Part shown: piece after piece, positions 58,964-64,000 of the stretch | Position numbering within the stretch: the first letter of the stretch is position 1 | Layout: every line of letters starts with the position of its first letter | Origin: an uncultured candidate division Zixibacteria bacterium | GTDB lineage: Bacteria; Zixibacteria; MSB-5A5; GN15; FEB-12 | Assembly (NCBI GenBank): GCA_963735035.1 | Contig: CAVTJJ010000004.1 | Span: forward strand, 928,001 to 992,000 | Reading direction: 5' to 3' | DNA length: 64,000 nucleotides | Position numbers and translations under genes: made by a program | The notes under the pieces: model-generated | Database searches by the model: none | The model's input: the letters and a program-made list of their open reading frames with translations, nothing else | Told to the model about the DNA's origin: nothing

Positions 58964-59092
58964 ACCTGCGACGATTTGTTTAATCCCACCCGCAAGTAAC
59001 TATGATACTGTTCGTGATTTGAGCCTCTGTTCGGACAAGGTATCGTATCGTGGTCTGAAGACAACGATAGATCCTTAGAACAGGAGGCTCAG

Positions 59093-60151
59093 ATGAGAAG
59101 GTACGAAGTTGGAGCGGAAGTGGGAAGTGCTGTTTTTGTTGGCGTGGATGTTCACAAGCGTCAGTGGTTTGTCACGGTGAGGACGTTAGAAGTGGAACTG
59201 TTCTGTGGCAGCATTAACGGGGATTGGGCGTCTTTGCGGTGTTTGCTGGATCGGTATGATCCTGGGTGTGTGTCCGTGGTTTACGAGGCGGGTTTTTCTG
59301 GTTTTTGGCTGCACGACTGTGTGGTAGCGTGGGGTGGTCAGTGCGTAGTAACGCCGCCGAGCTTGGTGCCGATGGCCTACGGTAATCGGGTGAAGACGGA
59401 CAAGCGGGATAGCCGGAAGCTGGCCTGGTTGCTGTCGTTAGGGTTGTTGAAGAAGGTCTGGGTTCCGGATGAGAGTCAGCGGGGTCACCGAGAGGTCTTA
59501 CGTCGTCGTCGTCAATTGGTTCAAGATCGGGTACGTCTTCAGAGTCGGATCAAATCGGAGTTGGCCTTATATGGTATTTCAGTGTGCAGTGGGACGGGTC
59601 GGTGGACCGGTCCGTTATTAGAGCGTCTGAGACAGGTGTGTTTGGCAGATGTCTGGGCTCAGGCGAGCTACGAGCGGTTGTTGGAGATGTACGATCTGGT
59701 AAGTAACCAGCTGGCGTTGCAGACACGACTGTTGCGGGAGTTGTCACGACTGCCACAGTATCGTGATCGAGTTCGGCTGTTAAGTAGCGTTCCCGGCATA
59801 GGGGTTATTACGGCGATGGCTCTGCTGTTGGAATTGCATGAGGTCGGTCGTTTTGGACGGGCTGAGCAATTGGCGGCTTATGTGGGACTGACACCTTCGC
59901 AGTATTCCAGCGGTGATCATGTCCGGATGGGTCGGATTACCGGCACGGGCAACAGCTATCTTCGGGGCTTGTTAGTGGAATCGTCCTGGATTGCCGTTCG
60001 GAAGGACCCACACTTACAACTGGTCTATAACCGGATCAAGCAACGTGCCGGCGGCAAACGAGCCATAGTGGCGGTAGCTCGACGACTGGTCTTGGCAGTC
60101 AGGCGGGTTCTGCTTGATAACGTTGCCTATGAGCCGTGTGCGGCCGCCTAA
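59093..60151 (+). CDS. IS110-family DEDD recombinase/transposase
   Basis: VGVDVHK, YEAG, KTDKRD (DEDD); SVPGIG..TA, YVGLTP.QYSSG (catalytic Ser), GRIT..GN..LR..L.E, A.VAVAR.L. Confidence 0.96.
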   Translation: MRRYEVGAEVGSAVFVGVDVHKRQWFVTVRTLEVELFCGSINGDWASLRCLLDRYDPGCVSVVYEAGFSGFWLHDCVVAWGGQCVVTPPSLVPMAYGNRVKTDKRDSRKLAWLLSLGLLKKVWVPDESQRGHREVLRRRRQLVQDRVRLQSRIKSELALYGISVCSGTGRWTGPLLERLRQVCLADVWAQASYERLLEMYDLVSNQLALQTRLLRELSRLPQYRDRVRLLSSVPGIGVITAMALLLELHEVGRFGRAEQLAAYVGLTPSQYSSGDHVRMGRITGTGNSYLRGLLVESSWIAVRKDPHLQLVYNRIKQRAGGKRAIVAVARRLVLAVRRVLLDNVAYEPCAAA

Positions 60152-60154
60152 GAT

Positions 60155-60345
60155 AACCAAGGAGTCGGAACCGTACCAAGCTAACGCGAGAACAGCGACC
60201 CACCCGCTGTGGCTCGGGCCAACCGAGACCACGTCCGCAAGTCTGCTGCCTCGCCAGGTCACGAGCGGATACATTGCCTGTGGCGCTGCCAGTCAGCGAC
60301 CACGAATAGCAGACTGGTTCGAGTCCTATGCCTGAACAGAAAGCC
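60155..60345 (+). ncRNA. Candidate bridge/seek RNA in the right non-coding end of the IS110 element
   Basis: About 200 nt of non-coding sequence with several hairpins (ACAGCG/CGCTGT, CTCGG/CCGAG, GTCTGCT/AGCAGAC) and short matches to both target flanks. Confidence 0.5.
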
Positions 60346-60391
60346 CTTGACACAGTACATAGCAGCGGGTGGGCCACCCCACGTCGTTTCA

Positions 60392-60427
60392 GAGAATGTA
60401 ACAACCCACAGCAAGCTGTGGGGTACC
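60392..60427. repeat. 36-bp direct repeat containing a REP-like hairpin
   Basis: GAGAATGTAACAACCCACAGCAAGCTGTGGGGTACC, 35/36 identical to 56911-56946. Confidence 0.88.
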
Positions 60428-60525
60428 CGATCCCTGCAGTCAATTTCTGTCACAAACGCAACCGCCGGGACCTTCAAAGAACCCGGCGGCGTAATTGTGT
60501 ATCGTCCGACTTGAGTGAATAGTCG

Positions 60526-60885
60526 TTACTGATCCAAACCGTCTACATCCGTATCAGGACGTGACCGCTCACTGGCAAACTCGCTGATCTCCTCCGGATC
60601 CTTGTCTTTTAGTTTCCCCTTGAACTTCTTCAACTGCACGATGATCTTCTCGGACGCCCCCGTCATCGCGGTGATCATGTCGTTGGTCTCGGCCTTCGCC
60701 GAAAGCATGTGAGCATGCACCTTCACCCGCAATTCGGCGGTGCGACGGTGCCGTTCGGCGTCGAGCACGTACTCGGCCGAAATTATCCGGTCAAAGAAGC
60801 GAGTCAGGCCGTCCATCTCCTCTTCCGCCTTGGCTCTGATTTCCGGCGTAAGGTCGAAATGACGAGCGGTTACTTTCTTCTGCAT
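60526..60885 (-). CDS. hpf: Ribosome hibernation factor HPF/RaiA (short form)
   Basis: MQKKVTARHFDLTP.IR....L.RFFD.I...AE......L.AKA...DM..A.....K...QL.K.K.K; RBS GAAAGGA; lies downstream of rpoN. Confidence 0.9.
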   Translation of the reverse strand: MQKKVTARHFDLTPEIRAKAEEEMDGLTRFFDRIISAEYVLDAERHRRTAELRVKVHAHMLSAKAETNDMITAMTGASEKIIVQLKKFKGKLKDKDPEEISEFASERSRPDTDVDGLDQ

Positions 60886-60916
60886 ACGTGACTTCCTTTC
60901 TGTGACCTCTATAAAT

Positions 60917-61873
60917 TCAATAAGTAGGATGGTCTTCAAAACAGTGTTCAGCAATAATAAAACGCCTCGTGCGCGTTCGTGATCGTATCACCAGCGAATG
61001 AGTCGTGGCCCCGTCCGGGCGGTAACAAACACCGTTCAGGACATCACCGTCGGTAATTCCGGTGGCAGCGAACATGACATTGTCGCTTCCGGCCAGGTCG
61101 TGGGTCCGGTAAACCCGCGCCAGGTCGGTGTACCCGGCCTGCCGAAGGTGGGAGCGCTCGTTCTCGTCGGTCGGAGCCAAGTGGCATTGTATCTCGCCGC
61201 CCAGGCAGCGCAGGGCCCCGGCCGCCAGCAGTCCGGCCGCCGAACTGCCCGTGCCCATGAGAATATCCACGCCGCTTCCGGGAATGGCCGTGGCGATAGC
61301 CGCCGCGACGTCGCCGTCCGGAATCAGGTGAATCCGCGCGCCGACCCGACGCACCTCGGTTATAAGGCCGGCGTGGCGTTCACGATCGAGTATTACCACG
61401 GTCAAATCCGCTACGGAGTAATGCAAAGCCTCGGCGACCCGGTATAGATTTTCTTCGATACTGCGGTTAATATCGATAGCCTGAGCCGCGGCCGGTCCGA
61501 CCGCCAGCTTATTTAAGTACTGCGATGGGGGGAGATGGAAGCTGCCCCGGGGCGCTATGGTTACTATGGCTAGCGCGTTGGAGCGCCCGAAGGCGACCGA
61601 GCGGGTGCATTCCAGGGCATCCAGGGCCAGATCGTAATCGTTGCCGCCGCCGGCACCGACTATTTCGCCGGTGTAAAGATGGGGCACCGTGCCCGGTTCA
61701 CCCTCACCCAAAGCTATTGATCCTGAGAATTCAATCCAGCCGAACGCCTTGTGCATAGCGTCGATAGCCGCCTGATCGGCTGCGATGGCATCGCCTTTGC
61801 CCATCCATCGGGAGGCGGCCAGCGCCGCGGCTTCCGTGACTCTTACCAATTCGAGGGCGAAATTGCGGTCCAC
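60917..61873 (-). CDS. glpX: Class II fructose-1,6-bisphosphatase-like protein (divergent active site)
   Basis: ELVRVTEAAALAA...G.GD...ADQAA, GEGE, LDR.RH, DGDV, FAATGITDG. Probable GTG start at 61873 (alternative 61903). Confidence 0.85.
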   Translation of the reverse strand: MDRNFALELVRVTEAAALAASRWMGKGDAIAADQAAIDAMHKAFGWIEFSGSIALGEGEPGTVPHLYTGEIVGAGGGNDYDLALDALECTRSVAFGRSNALAIVTIAPRGSFHLPPSQYLNKLAVGPAAAQAIDINRSIEENLYRVAEALHYSVADLTVVILDRERHAGLITEVRRVGARIHLIPDGDVAAAIATAIPGSGVDILMGTGSSAAGLLAAGALRCLGGEIQCHLAPTDENERSHLRQAGYTDLARVYRTHDLAGSDNVMFAATGITDGDVLNGVCYRPDGATTHSLVIRSRTRTRRFIIAEHCFEDHPTY

Positions 61874-61973
61874 CGTGATCTCATCCCGTGACCAAAGGGT
61901 CACTTAATGGCACCGATCTTCAGGCTTTCCGATAGCGGTCGGTGGGGCGGATTTTCGATCCGCCGGTACTGAT

Positions 61974-63371
61974 TTATACAACCGTTTTGCGGAACCGGGC
62001 CGCCTTGATACCCAATTCCTCACGATATTTTGTAACAGTCCGACGAGCCAGCTTGATCCCTTCGTCGTTCAGCAGGCGGTAGATTTCCTGGTCGGAGAGC
62101 GGATTCTCCGAATCTTCCTTTTCGATGATTTCGCTGATCCGCTGTTTCACGGATCGTTTCGACATGTCTTCGCCGTCGGACCGGGATATGCCGGTATTGA
62201 AGAAGTACTTGATCTCGTAGACACCCAGCGGTGTCTGGACATACTTCCCGTTGGCCACGCGGCTGATGGTCGCGACATTCATGCCGACTTTCTGCGCGAT
62301 ATCTTCCATGATGAGCGGCTTCAGGAAGGCTGGGCCCTTATCAAAGAATTCGCTCTGCTCTTCGACGATTGCGTTCATCACGCGAATCATGGTCGTGCGG
62401 CGCTGGTTGAGGGCGTTGAGCAACCAACGCGCCTGCTCGAGCTTGGAGCGAACATATGCTTTGGTATCCTGCGACGTAGTCGAGCCGCGACGAATCAGTT
62501 GCTTGTATCCGGAATTTATCCGTAAGCGCGGCACGTTACGGTCGTTCAGGAAGACTTCGTACTCGTCGCCGACCTTGTCGACCACGAGGTCAGGCGCAAC
62601 CGGCATCGCTCCGGAATCAAACCGACCCTGCGCCGGCGTCGGCGAGAGGCTCTTGATGATCTCCATCGCCTTCTGAGTCCGCTCGAACGGGACATTCATC
62701 ATCCGGGAGATCTGAAGCGTCGACTTGCGTTCGAGTTCCTGAATGTGTTCGTCGACTATTCGGTACGCCAGCGAGTTTGCCATGCCCTTTTCGTTCAATT
62801 GGGCGAGAAGAGATTCGCGCAGGTCGCGGGAGCCGACCCCGATCGGATCAAAAGTTCTTATCTTCTGGAGAACTTCGTTTATCGGCGCTTCATCCATTTC
62901 GAGTTCGGCCGCCATCTCGGCTACCGAAATGGTCAAGTAACCATGGGTGTCGATGTTGCCTATGACGTATTCACCGATCAGGTGTTCTTCCTGAGTCAGC
63001 TTGAGAAAACTCAATTGCTCTAACAGGTGATCGTAAAGTGATTCGACATGGGTCGCCGAGCTTTCGAACGTGGATTCTTCCCCTTCGCGTTGTTCGCGGA
63101 CTTTGTACCCTTCGTCGTCGTCGGAGAGAAACTGATCCCAGTCGACATCTTCCTTTTCGGTTTCCTTGGCTTCCGCCAGATCAACCTCGGTGTCAGTCGT
63201 TTCGGTAGTATCCGGTTCGAGTTCCTCGATCTCCTCCAGCATCGGATTGGTCGACAACTCCATTCGGAGCATCTGTTCCAGCTTGAGAATGGGCGCCTGC
63301 ACCATCTTCAATGACTGGATAAGCTGGGGAGCCAGAGTCTGCTTGAGTCTGAGTTGAAGGCCGAGTTTCAT
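61974..63371 (-). CDS. rpoN: RNA polymerase sigma-54 factor
   Basis: Q.L.PQL.QS...Q region I, NPMLE, LKPL...DIA......ATISR, PLSD, RpoN box ARRTVTKYRE. Confidence 0.98.
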   Translation of the reverse strand: MKLGLQLRLKQTLAPQLIQSLKMVQAPILKLEQMLRMELSTNPMLEEIEELEPDTTETTDTEVDLAEAKETEKEDVDWDQFLSDDDEGYKVREQREGEESTFESSATHVESLYDHLLEQLSFLKLTQEEHLIGEYVIGNIDTHGYLTISVAEMAAELEMDEAPINEVLQKIRTFDPIGVGSRDLRESLLAQLNEKGMANSLAYRIVDEHIQELERKSTLQISRMMNVPFERTQKAMEIIKSLSPTPAQGRFDSGAMPVAPDLVVDKVGDEYEVFLNDRNVPRLRINSGYKQLIRRGSTTSQDTKAYVRSKLEQARWLLNALNQRRTTMIRVMNAIVEEQSEFFDKGPAFLKPLIMEDIAQKVGMNVATISRVANGKYVQTPLGVYEIKYFFNTGISRSDGEDMSKRSVKQRISEIIEKEDSENPLSDQEIYRLLNDEGIKLARRTVTKYREELGIKAARFRKTVV

Positions 63372-63495
63372 GACAATAACCGCTTCCTGAAGCTGTTTTT
63401 ATTCTCCTATCTATCGGTATCGGACCCGAAAAGGAACGGATTGACCGGATGCCGCGAGGTAGTTCATTTATTCAACAGCCGTCTCAAACTTCCTG

Positions 63496-64000
63496 TCAAT
63501 TCAGCCGGAACTTCTCTCCCAGATATATTTTTCGCGCCTCCGGATCATCCGCGAGAAATTCCGACGTCCCTGATTTCAGAATCTTGCCATCGCACATAAT
63601 GTAGGCCCGGTTGCAGATCGATAACGTCTCGCGAACGTTGTGGTCGGTGATCAAAACGCCGAGTCCCCGCTGGACCAGACGCCGGATGATGTTCTGGATG
63701 TCTTCGACCGCGATCGGGTCGATCCCGGCGAACGGTTCATCCAACAGGATGAACTGCGGTTCATTCACCAGGGCCCGGGTGATTTCCACGCGACGACGTT
63801 CGCCGCCGGAGAGCGTATACGCCTTGTGCTTTCTCAAGTGATCGATGTCGAGTTCTTTCAGGAGATATTCGAGTCTGGCGCGACGGTCCTTGCGGCTCAT
63901 CCTGCGGTACTGCAGAATGGCCATGATGTTGTCTTCGACCGTCATTTTGCGAAAGACTGACGCTTCCTGTGCGAGATACCCGATACCCTTTTTGGCGCGG
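63496..64000 (-). CDS. lptB: LPS export ABC ATPase, 5'-truncated by the window end
   Basis: [55 protein letters not shown]; canonical position upstream of rpoN. Confidence 0.96.
   Translation of the reverse strand, partial: RAKKGIGYLAQEASVFRKMTVEDNIMAILQYRRMSRKDRRARLEYLLKELDIDHLRKHKAYTLSGGERRRVEITRALVNEPQFILLDEPFAGIDPIAVEDIQNIIRRLVQRGLGVLITDHNVRETLSICNRAYIMCDGKILKSGTSEFLADDPEARKIYLGEKFRLN

Larger units (their letters stand above)
58997..60362 (+). mobile_element. IS110-family (IS1111-like layout) element inserted in the loop of a REP-like hairpin
   Basis: The flanks CCCACCCGCA|AG and AG|CAGCGGGTGGG rejoin into a hairpin with an AG core repeated at both ends; no long terminal IRs; joining the ends gives TTGACA-17-GATACT. 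Confidence 0.85.

Noticed and set aside
56148..60427. Integron cassette array or CRISPR array
   Set aside because: There is no tyrosine integrase or cas gene. The hairpins lack RYYYAAC/GTTRRRY ends, vary in orientation and are not regularly spaced.

Overview
This is a 64-kb bacterial chromosomal window. It is most consistent with candidate phylum Zixibacteria (FCB group), an inference from the abundant Cys-flanked dockerin-like domains; no rRNA is present to confirm it. The left two-thirds is dominated by secreted proteins. Eight ORFs carry the same duplicated Ca-loop/helix dockerin-like module, including a tandem triplet of ~1235-aa Asp-box surface proteins. The triplet has patchy variable loops and a homogenised dockerin-coding tail. 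Two of its members share a duplicated promoter and a ~290-nt structured leader RNA with compensatory base changes. Regulators include a kinase-TPR-GAF-AAA+ activator lacking GAFTGA, a short HTH/WYL-like protein, an MshEN-REC-DUF4388 protein, and an OmpR-type two-component pair facing an ABC cluster across four 10-bp-period repeats. There are two mobile elements. One is a complete IS1-family element with an 8-bp target duplication and passenger ORFs (11640-13692). The other is an IS110/IS1111-type element inserted in the loop of a REP-like hairpin (58997-60362), inside a block of small genes delimited by palindromic and direct repeats. Housekeeping genes are gyrA, hpf, a divergent glpX, rpoN and partial lptB. 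Two genes (an MFS transporter and an amidase) show single-base frameshifts that may be assembly errors. No tRNA, rRNA, CRISPR array or reverse transcriptase was seen. All calls were made by eye, without database searches.
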